Shown here: in pieces, positions 51,271 through 64,000 of the stretch
Layout of the letters: every line of letters starts with the position of its first letter
Numbering within the stretch: position 1 is the first letter of the stretch
Origin: Phyllosticta citribraziliensis
Lineage: Eukaryota
Length of the DNA stretch: 64,000 bases
NCBI RefSeq assembly: GCF_038025025.1
Contig: NW_027117351.1
Location: forward strand, 558,001-622,000
Direction: 5' to 3'
The notes under the pieces: model-generated
Database searches by the model: none
Told to the model about the DNA's origin: nothing
What the model saw: only the letters and a program-made list of their open reading frames with translations
Translations under genes and position numbers: made by a program

Positions 51271-51808
51271 TGTTTGCAGGAAACAGTCGAGTGTGGAATG
51301 TGTAGTAGATTCGTGGCCTGATGAAGCAGTTCTGATGATGAATCCAAGTCAGGAAAGCTTGGTTGGTGAGCAGATGCAATGTTTGGGAAGTGAAGTGAGA
51401 CGCGCAGCCGGGGAGACGCGCACCGCGTCTCGCTTAGCGCTTGCGGCGGTGGCCCGTGCGCAAAGCTTGATTCCGCCTCGCCGTCTGGAAACCTCCAGGA
51501 CGACAACATCTTATCCGTACATCACGACAAAGGAAGCTGGATCAGTCGACGACTGTGCCCAATCCGCTCGGATCGACTCTCGCTCAACGCTGGGCTGTCT
51601 ACCATCGCCTGTTCGCATTTTTATCGACTCGCTGGCCTGGCGCAAACTTGACCCGGCTTCATCTTCAGCACCAAACGACACCCCCTGCCAACCAAGCTTC
51701 GTCACGAGACGGTCCATCCGACGCCGACCTTCCTCCGTCTGAAGCCTTGAGCCTGTGATCTCCCCCGGGTACCCTCTCCTAGAGCTTGCTCAATTCTGGC
51801 TGGCTGCA

Positions 51809-53925
51809 ATGGCGTTTCCCGTGGTAGAGTCGGTCGAAGCCGTGACTGCTCGCTTCAAACACCTCCTCCAGCAAGCCCGTCAGATAAAGCCCAGTGATAC
51901 CATTGAGCCGCCTATCTCGGTAGCAGATCTTCTCAAAGAAGAATCGCTTTTGCTGAGCGAAACCATTCAGAATCAAAGTTCTCACAATACTGTGGCCGAG
52001 ACGGCCGCCAAAAGCTTACTGCATCACCTTGTCGTACGCGTGTCATCGCGTCCAATGCCGTTCATAAGCTGATTTCGTGCAGGCCACTACGACCATTGAT
52101 GATCCAGAATTCGTCCAAGTCTGGAATCTGCTTGACATTGTCCTGATCTGCATCGAGCGCGGCCAATGTGACGGGCTCCTCATTTTTTATCTCGCGGAAG
52201 AGCTGTTGGATAGCCAGAGCATAGACGGCTGTCGAAAGGTGTTTGACTACCTCGAATCCAGAAGAGAACGACTTGTTGCAGTAAGTTCAAGGGGTTCTCC
52301 ACCTGATACAGTTGAGCTTACATTACTTAGGGCGATTTCCTTCAAGGAAAAGGGGCGAGCAAGCGCATCGTCGTGTTGAGATTTTGCAACGAATTGCTCC
52401 GCAGACTTTCAAGAGCAGAGGATGCGGTTTTCTGCGGTCGCGTCTTCATCTTCTTATTCCAGACGTTCCCGCTCGGTGACAAGAGTTCGGTGAACTCGCG
52501 GGGAGAGTTTCATGTTGAAAATGTCACCGTCTTTGAGGAACAAATGCCATCCCAGGAAGAGGAGCCGGATGATATGGAGGTTGACTCTGGAAATCAAGAC
52601 CCAGGTTCCGAGGAAGCTGCGACAGCGCTGGAAAGCAAAAAACAGGCCACTGAGAAGGAGAAAGAATCCAAGGTGCTCGACACAGAGACCCTGTATCCCA
52701 TGTTTTGGACGTTGCAGCAAGCTTTTTCCAACCCGCCGAGGCTCTTCACAGAAACACACCTGGCCGAGTTCAAGACTGGAGTTGACCAGACCCTTGCCAA
52801 ATTCAGGGATGTCCCCAAAGTCATCCAGGCCAAATCCGGCGAGGGCCATCGCAGTGCAAAAAGAAAACATGACGATGTGGAAGGACAGTTTGTCAGCAAC
52901 TACAATCCAAAGTATCTGACCAGTCGGGACTTGTTCGAGCTGGAGGTAGGTTCTCTTCCCGTCCCGCACATGTGTTTTCCGTTGACATCCGTACCAGCTG
53001 AGCGACCTTGCCTTCCAAAGACACATACTCGTGCAAGCATTAATATTGATCGACTTTCTGCTATCCTTGACCGAAAAGTCAAAAGAAAGGACGCAAAAAT
53101 GGCTTGCCCAAGTTACATCAGCAAATCGCGCTGTGCAATACAACTACACGTTGAGCATGCAGGACGCGGAGTGGGCAGTCAACGCCAAGAATGTGATCGC
53201 CAACTATCTACAAGAGCTTCCGGATGGAAAGTTCTACTATAGGATGGTTGACACGGTCTTGTCCAGGGACAAAAACTGGGTACGGTGGAAGATGGAGAAT
53301 TGCCCTCCTATCATCCAACCGCCCATCTCGCCTCCAGATTTCCTTGGGGCAAAGTCAGGAGCGCAGAAGGCATGTGCCAACAAGCGGCTCCGAGCCACGC
53401 CCATGGGCTCGCTTGACCTGTCATTCCTAAACGATTCGGCTACGAACAGCGGGGTGGACAGCTTGAAGGACCCCGACAGGTAAGGACGCGTCATGCGGAG
53501 CATGTCTTGGCGCGACACTAACGTGGGACAGGTACACGTTCCCGACGGCCGAGAACCTCTACAACGCGGCTCAGGAAGACAATGACAAGGCGGAAGAGGC
53601 TGGAGAGGGCGAAGATGCAGCGAGCGCACTGCGCGAGGCCCGTGCAAGCAAGACTTGGAGGGCGCTCCGGATTGCGTCAAAGGACAAGTTAAGCATGTTC
53701 GACAAGATCGACGATTACAAGCAGCTGGGAGCATTGTTCCAGCCCGAGGCGGGCGAAGAAGGAGGAAAGGATGAGCGGGCTGGGGTTACGGAGACGGAGA
53801 CGGCGGAGGGCAAGGGTGAAGCGGCAGCAACAGGACCAGCAGCAGCAGCAGCAGCAGCAGCAACATGGCAGGCGGATGTGCAGGAGGAACAACGGCCCGA
53901 GCAAGAGAATCAGATGACGGGGTAG
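51809..53925 (+). CDS. HPR1: THO complex subunit 1 (Hpr1/THOC1)
   Basis: VFDYLESRRERL, LRFCNELLRRLSRAEDAVFCGRVFIFLFQTFPLGDKSSVN, PKYLTSRDLFELE, VLSRDKNWVRWKMENCP. Four introns. Confidence 0.92.
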
Positions 53926-56900
53926 GGCACGGCCAAGTACTTGCGATCGGCTCAGGCATGCAGACAAAAGGCAACCGAAATGATGGAGTTTGGAGGGCGA
54001 TCCAGTGTGGTGGGTGAGGTGTGTGTTTGCAGTGTTTTCTCTGGACAGGGGCACGGAGCTGTGGCTGACACGAGTCAACACCCGTGAGGATGAGCGAGCG
54101 GAATGGCGACAGGATGGGGGATCATCTCGACGACCTGAGAGAGGTGTGGTCGACATGCCCATTCGGCGAACATGTCTCAGCCCAGTGCGGGCGGCGAAGG
54201 AGGGCCAGGCCGTGGCTTCTGCAGCCTGCACTGCGCTGCGCTGCGCTGCGCTGCGCTCTGCAATGCTCTGCACCCAACAACTTCGACGTCGTCCCGGCGG
54301 ATGGCAAGGCCGTGGTGTGCTGCAAGCTTCCGCGCCCACGAGTCCACTGGCACTGCAATTAATTAGTCGAGCTCGCCAGTCGTTGCTGCACGCACGCATC
54401 CGAGATGAAACAGCAGAGGCAGAGGCAGAGGAGAGGGCGCGCGCACCCGCACCGCAGCACACCCACCTCTCAGCCCAACCGAGGCCTATCCCAGAGCACA
54501 TCAAACCACGGCGCAGCGACCCTGGAATAATTTCCGCAGGCGGAGAAGAGGCTCCTTGATTATTTCCCAAGCCCTCTGGACTCTTCGAATTTTTATTTTC
54601 CATTTTTCTTTTTTCTTTTCTCTCTCCCTCTCAGTCGTCGCGCCCACGTCGTTGGATTAGGCCACGGCAACAAAGTCCTGGCCGCTCGGCCCGCTGCTTC
54701 GGTCTCTGAGCACCGCACCGCCCGTCGAGCTCAGGTCACCCCGGAACGTCGTCCGTCTTCAATGTTTTTGGCCCACCTTGCTTGGCCGGCGAAACAGCCA
54801 GCGTAAGAGTCTCTTCTGCACTCTCCGCTCACCTCGTCTCCGGCTGTGCTGTCACGCCTGTCACTGTCCTGTCGGAACTGCCCTGTGCCTGGCATACATC
54901 GTACATAGCCGTTCCCTGCCCACACTTACCTGGGCTCACCGTGTCCAGCCTCGTCCAAATCCGTCTTGGTTCGTTTCTCCCCGGACCTCGTCAGGCATGC
55001 CGCACGGCCGCCCATTGCAACCACCGCTACCTTAGCAAGCTGGCTCCCCTCCCCCCTCCAAGCATCGGGCCCTGGCCGCGGATCAGCTGCCAAGTTCCAG
55101 CTCCCTCCCCTCTCCCAGTCGCTATTCTGACTTACCGCCATCATCTGCAGCGATCATGGTCCGGAGCAGGTGGATCGCTGCTGCGTCAGGGCGCGCTGGA
55201 CAGGTATCCGCCTTGAATCGCACACGTGCCCGCCAAGGCTCCCCTTCGCAGCGTTCCCTCGTCTCCTCCTGCTGGAGAGCGAGATGACGGCTCGTTTCGT
55301 GGGAGACGGGGCGTGGGGGCCGTCGTGTGCTGTTTTTCGTCCTTCTCCCTGTGCGCTGGTTCCGGCTCGCATGCAAACTCTCAAAACACGCCGTGGCGGC
55401 CCGGGAGTGCCCCAACCGCTAAGATCTGTCGACAAGATCTGTGAGCCGCCAACAGTACGGCAGGTCTAGCCTCTCCCAGCACAGAGAATTCCATTTGGCA
55501 GGGGTAGGCTTCCAAGAGGCTTCAGGGCTTATGCACGGGTTTCTTGTTCCTGACGCAATCTCTCGCGCTGCAGCTCTTCTTTTTGCATTTTTGGACGGAG
55601 AGGTTCCGAGCACCGAGAGCGAACCAGTTTAGTTGGTACGCATCAGCAACAGCAGCAGCAGCAGCAACATCATCATTCGCGCCTCTGTGCATGTGCGCCC
55701 AGGTGTGGTTGTGGCCAGCCGGGGCGGCATCCATGACCATGTTCATGACCATGACCTTGACCACCATCAGAGGAAGACCCCGCAACATGCGTTGCCGAGC
55801 TCTGCTTGAACCCAGCGGGTCCCATGGAGCTCTTGTGTCCTCCTTGGGCCAATGATGCGCTGCACGCCACGGATCACCTGTGCTCTTCGGCGCATCCCGT
55901 CCACCACCCTGCCCGAGTGCCTGTCTTGGGCCCGTTCTCTGCGCTGCTTGGGGCCTCCCAAGCATCTGTCGATTCCTTGAGCCTGTCATTCACGGGCTGC
56001 TCTGCTTATGCGTCACTCCCCTTCCTCTAGGAGCCCGTCCCGAGGAACCGCGTGCTCGCCGCCGTGCCGCCTTTTCCTTCACCACCGGGTCATGCTCCCT
56101 CTAGGCCGACTGCTCCAATGTTCCTGCGCCGTGTAACGCCCGCTCCTACCCTTCGTCCAGCCTTTCTTTTGTGAGGTTTGTTTTTTCCCTGGCAGTGCCT
56201 TCAACGGCTAGTCGTCCGATCGTTGTCTGTTCTACGACCTCCTGCTGGTGCAGCTTCTACGCTGGTGACTGGATTTACCCGGCAAGCCACTTGGTCGACC
56301 CGTTCTGCCACTGCCGCCGAACGTTCTGTACGTAGCCACCCTTCCCGCTTGTCGTCAGTCCGCAGAGTTAGCCGCCGCTGATGTTTCGCTCCCCGCTGCC
56401 TCAGGCTTCCTTTCGTCGCTGGACAACCCTGACCCACCGAGACTCGAGCCGCTCGATTAAGATATCTAGTCTCCTTAGCACCAGTCCTCACTGTTTTCTT
56501 TGATTTGGAGCTACTGCAAACCTAATCCTCCACCTGGCCTGTCAATTTGACACTTCTACCTCGACTCTCTTGACAGCAGATCCTGTTGCATACAGGGAAC
56601 CTCGTCTCTTCCTTCCCTCCCGAAGGAACATCGGTGTTCCACGTCGAGAGAACGCCGACTTTTAATTCCACAAAACACACGGCCACCCTGCCACCCTGCC
56701 GAGGAAGGAGCGCCGTTGGAAACGTAACAGGCGTGGAACAGGACTCAACGCCACGACATTGACCTCGCACAAACATCCCCCGGACACGCCCCGTCCACGA
56801 GGAGACCACCCCACTTTGGGACTTGTCTTTTGTTGCTTTTGTGCTGTGCATTCTGGGCTTCGTCTGCATACTGCAAAGGCTTGCGCGCCTCGGGGCACAC

Positions 56901-57152
56901 TGCACGATATCTGCGACCTACAAGGGTTGCCAAGGACGCCTCTAGCCGCTCCCGCCTGCTATCCTTGTTGGTTGGTCATTCGATCTTGACCACCCCGGAG
57001 TCTGTCCTACAGACAGCTTGTGTCTCTTTCTCGGTTTGGAGGGGGGCACTTAATCCTTCTGGATTATCTGACCTGCAGGCCTCTGGTCAGCTCTGCCGAA
57101 CCACGACCAACAACAAACATCAAGACGATTGGATTCCAGATTGGGGTTGCCA

Positions 57153-59094
57153 ATGATTGACGGAAGCCATTCCGTACCGCTTTCTCCACCCAGCTCGCCG
57201 CGAATGTCTGCGTACACCGCGACCCACCCCGACCCTGAATGGCATAGCCAACCCGTCAAGCCAGGTGGAGGAGTGCGTGCTCCCTCCGAAACCGCTGGAA
57301 TGGGCCTCTTACACAATGCTGTTACCACTACCCAGTTCGATATCAAAGATCGACCTCCGCTACATACACATAAGAGTTATCCGTACGCTCTGAACTCAGT
57401 CAGCCACTCTCAACATGATCACCATATTTTACCGCTTGGCCAACGGGACAGAGGGAGCATCGGAAACACGGAACCATCGGATTCAGCATCCCTCAGCGTC
57501 AGTTATGGGGCATCCGCTCCGGCCAGTCCATCTTCAAGGCTGACGCCCGCTTCGCCCGGAAGCGGTGTCAAGCACGAACGGGACGATGATCTGAATGATC
57601 AAAATCTATCTGGCAGCGCTGAAGAAGGAGATCATGACAAGCCAATGACGGCTGCTGAGCTGAGAGCGCACAAACGAAAGATGAAGAGGTTTAGGTATGC
57701 CTTACACAACACCATCAAGGTTAAGGACTCTAGAGCTAGGACACCGAGTTGACACTTGCAGGCTTACCCACAATCAAACCCGGTTTTTGATGAGCGAATT
57801 CGCTCGACAAGCTCATCCTGACGCGGCCCACCGTGAACGTCTGGCGCGAGAGATTCCCGGCCTGAGTCCACGACAAGTGCAGGTTTGGTTTCAAAATAGG
57901 TTCGCACTGCCCACATCGACATAAAATCGATTATCCTAGTTGTACTGACTTGAATCTGTTAGACGAGCAAAACTCAAACGCCTTACTAGCGACGACCGCG
58001 AACGGATGATGAGGTCCAGAGCGCTTCCTGATGACTTTGACATGACGCAGGCTCTTCATTCTCCTTTTGGAACCGCTGGACACCAAAGCGTTGGAGGAAC
58101 TCCAATGGCGTCTCCTGCAACATACTCTCCCAGTTTTCCTGAAGGCAACATGGTCCGACCGTTAACCGTGGACACTTTTCGACGCTTTCCTGACGGCGCT
58201 CAAATTCCGCCTGGCGGAGTCAATCCTCCTTTTGGAAGCTTCTCCTTCACGCCGCCGCAATCTGCCACTGATACGTCGTCTCCCGTGTCTGCAACCGGTG
58301 ACGCCAATGCGTTTCCCTTTTCCTCACAAGGCCAAGGCATCGACGGCGCCAATCCAAGAAGATCCAACCCTTTCATTGGAGGTACTGGGCCAGCTGCTTC
58401 AAGCTTCTCATCTTTCTCGCCAATGCCCCGTGTGCAGCTCGATCGCATGGGTCGAAGCAGGGCAGAATCACTTTGCTCGCCTCTCAGGACCAGTATGTCA
58501 TACAGCAATGATGGAAGCCTGAGCCAATCCACCGCACAGCCTGGAGCAACTCCCGAAGGTCCTGGGATTGGAGATCGCCAAATTCCTCAATCGACCGTGG
58601 CCGGCGGCAGTCTCCCCGGGGTGACTTCTGGGAACGTGCCCTATGGATTGGGCTATTCATGTGAGTTTTGCTGTGGCGCTTGATGATTCCCTACTGACCA
58701 TGCGGTAGACAATCAGATGCCTGGGTTTGAATCTTCGCGGATGCGCTCGATGAGCTCCACCCTGCCCCGTCGGATAGAACTGAGTCAACAAAGCGCACAC
58801 TATAATGCCAGCCGTACCGCCCCCACTAATCCACAGTCGGCTACTCTTCCTAATTACCAGACTTCGCCGCTGGGAACACCGAGCTCTTACCCAAATCCTT
58901 CGATGATGAGCACTCCACACAGCGTTGGCTCTTTCAATAGCTCTCCGTCGTTTACCGAGCCAAACTACAACGCCCCGTCTGGGTCACAGGGCGACCCGTA
59001 CGCGATAGGGAATATACTGGGTGACGGGATTGCCGACCCTCAGCATGCTGAATCCAAGGGCCCTGCCGGTGTGCAGATTCCTCAGCATTACTAG
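57153..59094 (+). CDS. Homeodomain transcription factor
   Basis: KRKMKRFR|LTHNQTRFLMSEFARQAHPDAAHRERLAREIPGLSPRQVQVWFQNR|RAKLKR (WFQNRR helix 3) and a Ser/Pro-rich tail. Three introns. Confidence 0.92.
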
Positions 59095-62000
59095 ATGAGC
59101 GAGGGTCAGCATGCCCTTGCAACTCGAGTCGAGCACCAAATACGAGCGTAAACGACAAGTGTACCCTCGGTCTCTTCCGACCCAACCCTCCGGACGACGT
59201 CTCTGCTTTCACTTGTACGAATCCCTTTGGCCACGAGTAAACGAGGTCCACACCTTGTCCGCCATCGATACATCCAAAAGCATTGTTTTCAGGACATATA
59301 TATCGTTTCCAATCGAATACCGTGTACAAACCTCGGCCTTTTCAAGCATACACAGGAGCATCACCAGCAAAAACCCCGTACAACATCCGTTGCGTCTCCG
59401 GGCATCTTCAGTACATCCATTGAGCTGGAACTCTCGCCCGTTTTGGTGGCTTCACCATCTTCGATCGGGTGGAATTCCGGACATTCGTGACAATCTTCCG
59501 GATTCTTCCATCCCTGTCCGTTCTCCTTCGAACAACCTCTTTCTGGCGGCAGACTTTATTATCCTTCGACCTCGAAATCCCTTTCTCGACTCGCCCTTCT
59601 CTCTGCTTGCCGTGTACAACTAGCTTGTCCTTCTTCCATGTTTCAGCCGTTTCCCCTCGTCTTCAACTCTTATTTTCGGCGCGGAGCGTCATACCCCTTT
59701 ATCTCCCTCGCCAAACTCCTTGTTTGAATCGGAGATTTCACCGACGCTCCGCTCCTGGTCTTTCTGGTTTCGAGCGCCTCAGTATCCATCGTCGTTTGTT
59801 TCGGGCTTTACTTTTGGCCCTGTCGTATTTTTCCTGTTTGGGTGTTTGTTGCGGTGAGCGGACTTCTCCCTGTGTGAATTGGATTGTCTCTTCTCTCGGC
59901 CTATAGTCCCTAGTGCACATACTACGGTATTATATTTGTTTTTGGCAGGCCGAGCTGTATTTACATACAAAAATACAACAACAACAACACGCGATGACAC
60001 CTTGTATTGGATTGGATGGCTTGCAATTTCAACCAATTGAAAATAGCGAGTTGCGAACAGCAACAAGAAAAACGCCTTTATCAACAACTTCTCGGCTGTC
60101 CGGCCCCGCTCGTGTTGGTTACAATGACATTCCTTGAAAACCTTCGCGGGTATAACTCACTGACGTCGTGCCGCTGCCGCTGCCGCCTCCCAAATCTTGA
60201 CGGCAGTCCAAGCGTAACTTTTTGGCTATTCGCAGTCTAAAAAAGCAGATGCTGAACACATAGCTTAGGTACGTCCCGCCGCCGCCGCCGTCCGGCAGCG
60301 CTCCCGAATCCGAGTACATCTCCCGCCGTCAACCTTTCGCACGTCTTCTCTTTTGTCGACTTGACTCGTCCTCCCGCGAGATATCAGCTCGACTCGCTCA
60401 CCACACCACTCCCTCCCTCCGTGCAACGTCGTCGTCTCTGCGGAGCGGCCCTCCCACCCACCCACCAGCCAACTCAACCCATGCCAGTCTTCCAGCAGCA
60501 GGTCAGCAACCAAGCAGACAGGCCACCCATCCCATCCCAAGTCGACGGCCTCACAGCGCGCACGCACCACGCCTTGACTCTTCCATGCCGCCACCGCCGC
60601 CCGTCTTATTTTTTCCCTGCCTGCTTGTCCAGTGTGTCCGCCTTGTTCATTTCTCGCCCCCCTATCCTTTTTTTTTTTTTTTTTTTTTTCCTCCTCCTTC
60701 CTTTCGTTCCCGTGCTTCTTCGGCCGTTGCCGCTCGCATCAGTCACATCACACAGACACAGACACAGACACAGACGACGGATTGACCGCACGCGCCCCGC
60801 GCCCGGCGCCCGCGCACGCGCGCGTTTCGAGCGCGTCTTCCCTGTCTTCGACTGCATATTTGTCCCTCCCCTTCTCATTCCGTGGAGGGCTCCAATCGCA
60901 ACGCCGCCCCCGACGCCACCAGCGAACTGTGTTTCTTTCCTTCGTTCCTTCCTTCTATCCGTGCTTCATTCGATCATGTACGGCGCCCCGCCGGCACCAG
61001 TCAATCCTGCTGCCATGTAGTTAGTCAGATGTTGGCAGCCGTCCAGTCCAGTCCCTGATTCTGGCTCTTCAAGGCACGCTGTCGTCATTGTCACGCTACG
61101 CGCCCACTTGGCGCGCGGCGGCGGCGGTGGCGGCGCGCTGGTCGCATGTGGGTGTTGACTGTCTACTGCCGCTGCTGGTGGTCCTTCTGGGCAGGTCCCC
61201 ATCGTGCTGTGCTATACTTAGCTCCGAATGTCTCTTGTACCTGCAGTAGTGGCTGCCACTTGACTCGGCCGCTCACGACCGCTGAGTAGCCGTGGAGCAC
61301 CAGCACAGCATTGAAGACTCGTACTAGACAGCCAGCTAGTCAGACCGCTTGCTCCCGGCGCAATAAACCGTACTTCACGGCCTCTCTATCGTGGCCGTCG
61401 TGGCCGCGCGTATCCACCTGCCATTTTAAACACGGATCGAGCTAGGCAGAGGAGGGACGTTTGCTCGTCCGTCCGTCCATCTCTCGTCTCCTGCCTCTCC
61501 AGGCTTTTGCGTGATCCTCGCCGGGAACGTGGACGCTTTGATCCGACGTCGTCTCACAGGCGGGAGGAAGACCCTCGCCTTCCCCCTTTTCCTTCTCTCT
61601 CTGCATCTGTCTGTCTCTCGTCAGGGTTCCCCGATAACGCCAGAACGTCTTCCCAGCTCCGCCCTGACCACCCGCCACATGCTTGTTGCGCCAGAGGTCC
61701 CTTGGTCGAGATTGCTGACGGGCAGCACGGGGGACAGATCATGAGACGGCGACGATGCTGCCGTGCGGGCGGCAGGCTGCCTGGCATCCTGAAGCCCCCC
61801 AGCTCGTCCGCGGCATCGTTGCTCTCCATCCGCCGCCGATTGCAGGGTGGTTGGGTTGTTGGGAACGAGGAAACGGTCGTATGTACTGCGTTGGCTGGTC
61901 GTTGATCAACGAGAAGGGAGAGAACGGATATCCATGTCTTGCAGCCACGGAACCAGACTGTGGAGTCTTTGATCACCATTGGCGGTGTGGGTGAATACTG

Positions 62001-62949
62001 AGGGCTGTGATGGTGAGTGGGAGTGGCAGATGAAGTTGGTGGATGGTGCGTGTTGGCTGGGTGGTTGGCGGAGTGGTGGCGGCATCAAAAACCATCATGG
62101 CGAGTCGACTGGCTGCTCTAAGCTGCATTGGCGTGGTTCAGTATGCATTGATGAGATTTACGATCGTGGCCAGCACTCTCACGCGCGAGTCCAGTCGTTG
62201 GAAGGCAAGACAGCTTGAACTGTGCAGGCTAGAAGACGAATGACGTCGAAAAGACTGACACGCTTCTCTTCCTTTGTTTTGGATTTCTGGATACTTCCAT
62301 TGTTGTCCATGTCTCCTTGTCCAGAGCAGAGAAGCCAAAAGAAAGGCATTGATCGGCGTGGGCTACGGTACACTTTTCACATATCATTCAGAAGTAGCGT
62401 CAAGACTTGTGATCACGATGTGCCAACCTCGTCACTTCCAAAACACAACATCAACACTCAAAGCCTGCCTCCTCATGATAGTACAATCGATGGTACCACA
62501 CCAAAACAACGGCCCATAACTCTATCTTTCTTTTCCTCCCCATATCTCCAGCCCTCTCCTACTCCTCTCCTTTCGCGGATGAACACCGCGACACCAGCAT
62601 CACCTCACCCAAGCACGCAGACACGAGGTGCATGGCGCGAGAAAAAGCATATTGATTCCACTCCATCCACATCCACATCCACACATCTCGACAGTGCGTG
62701 CGGTGTGGAGACAGCAGAAGGAGGGTGTCTGGCTATCTCGACTGGCTGAGACTACTACCGGAGGAGCAGACCAAGGGGCAAAGACGACAAGCAAAACTGC
62801 AGAGGCGAGCACCCATGCAGATATCCCGCGGCCCTCCGCAGACGCAGTGGCCGCTGGCGCGGCGAACCGCTTCGAGATGCTGTACTTGAGGGAGGAGAGA
62901 GCGTGATGGGCGTGGGCGTGACGCAGAGCAAGGGACCGTTGGCGCCAGA

Positions 62950-63030
62950 GAGACAGGCAGACAGACAGGGAGGTAGACAGACAGACAGACAGACAGGGAG
63001 GTAGACAGACAGACAGACAGACAGACAGGC
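62950..63030 (+). repeat. (CAGA)n microsatellite with duplicated GGGAGGTA interruption
   Basis: agacagacagggaggtagacagacagacagacagacagggaggtagacagac... Confidence 0.85.
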
Positions 63031-64000
63031 AAGCAGGTCGTTGGTAGACAGCAGGGATGGCTCTTCCGCGAAAGAACTTCGGCTTTTCTAGAAACTTATT
63101 ATTTCCTTTTCTTGCGTTGCTTGTTCTTCTCCTATGCTGAGGGGGGAGGAGTGTGTGGCGCAATGGACGGACGGCCTGATGGCTGCCTGCGTACATGCAC
63201 GCATGCATGCATGTATGGCACGAGCAGCAGCGAGCGCGAGCGCTTCGTGATGTGTGAGAAGAGTGGCTGCGTCTGATCTGCTCCTGGGAAGGATTCGAGT
63301 ATGGTGGTGGTAGGGCAAGTGATGGTCGGCGTGATTGATGGAATGATGGACAGGAAGTGCATGCAGGTGTCTTAGCAGGACGAACCGGCACATCTGAGCT
63401 TGTTGGATTGGACGGTCTCAAGAAGTACTCGATATTCAAACGTCGTTGTTGTCATTTTCTTGACTGTAGTCGCTCAGCTTGTCTCTGTATAGAGCCAGTG
63501 TAGATACGAAAGTGTCTTCATTTTTCCAACTGACGCCGCGTAAAGCGAGCCATGCGATTGGATATAGACTAGGCGAATCCTAAATCTGCCATCCTGCGTA
63601 CCAGTCACATTTTCTCCAACGATCAACGCAAGACCCAGAAGGGGGGGCGGGTACCTTACAGCCCGTCCGCATTGCAGCTGCGCCTAAGAAGCGCTACTGT
63701 GTAGAATGCAAGGCGACGAGTTTTCCCCTTGCTTGATGGCATTCCCAGGGCAACGTCCGCTCAATCTGGCGTGCCAACACAACCCCGGGAGCGTGACAAT
63801 ATGCGTCCCGCGGCGGTCGAATAGGCAGTAGGCTAAGCATTTGCCGCCGTGGGGTTTGCGGGAGGGTAGCTGTCAATTAGGGTTTGGTAAGTAGATTAAT
63901 GGGTTCCCCATGCGGAGACCTCGACGCGATTCGGCTGCGCTGCATTGCGTCAGCGGCGCAGACAGGTAGCGGAAACACTCTTTTTTCGAAGGGACGGAAG

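Overview
Eukaryotic, intron-containing DNA from a filamentous ascomycete (GT..AG introns of about 50 nt with CTRAC branch sites; Dothideomycete-like, genus not determinable from sequence alone). It carries about 12 recognisable conserved genes: a Far1-like RING-PH-vWA protein, a Zn2Cys6 transcription factor, NTE1, ARP9, pantothenate kinase, an aldo-keto reductase divergent from a HAD-IIA phosphatase, NMD5, SKI2, CSM3/SWI3, HPR1/THOC1 and a homeobox factor. There is also an orphan secreted poly-Lys protein. The most unusual part is an accessory island at about 9.9-18.5 kb. It contains a foldback repeat, an intronless orphan ORF, and a small orphan gene family (one intact spliced copy, one copy inactivated by RIP-like transitions, one fragment). 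It also holds three unrelated tandem arrays, one of which is five ~60-nt hairpins whose outer arms co-vary. No tRNA, rRNA, transposase or Cas gene was recognised. All family assignments come from motif recognition by eye, with no database search.
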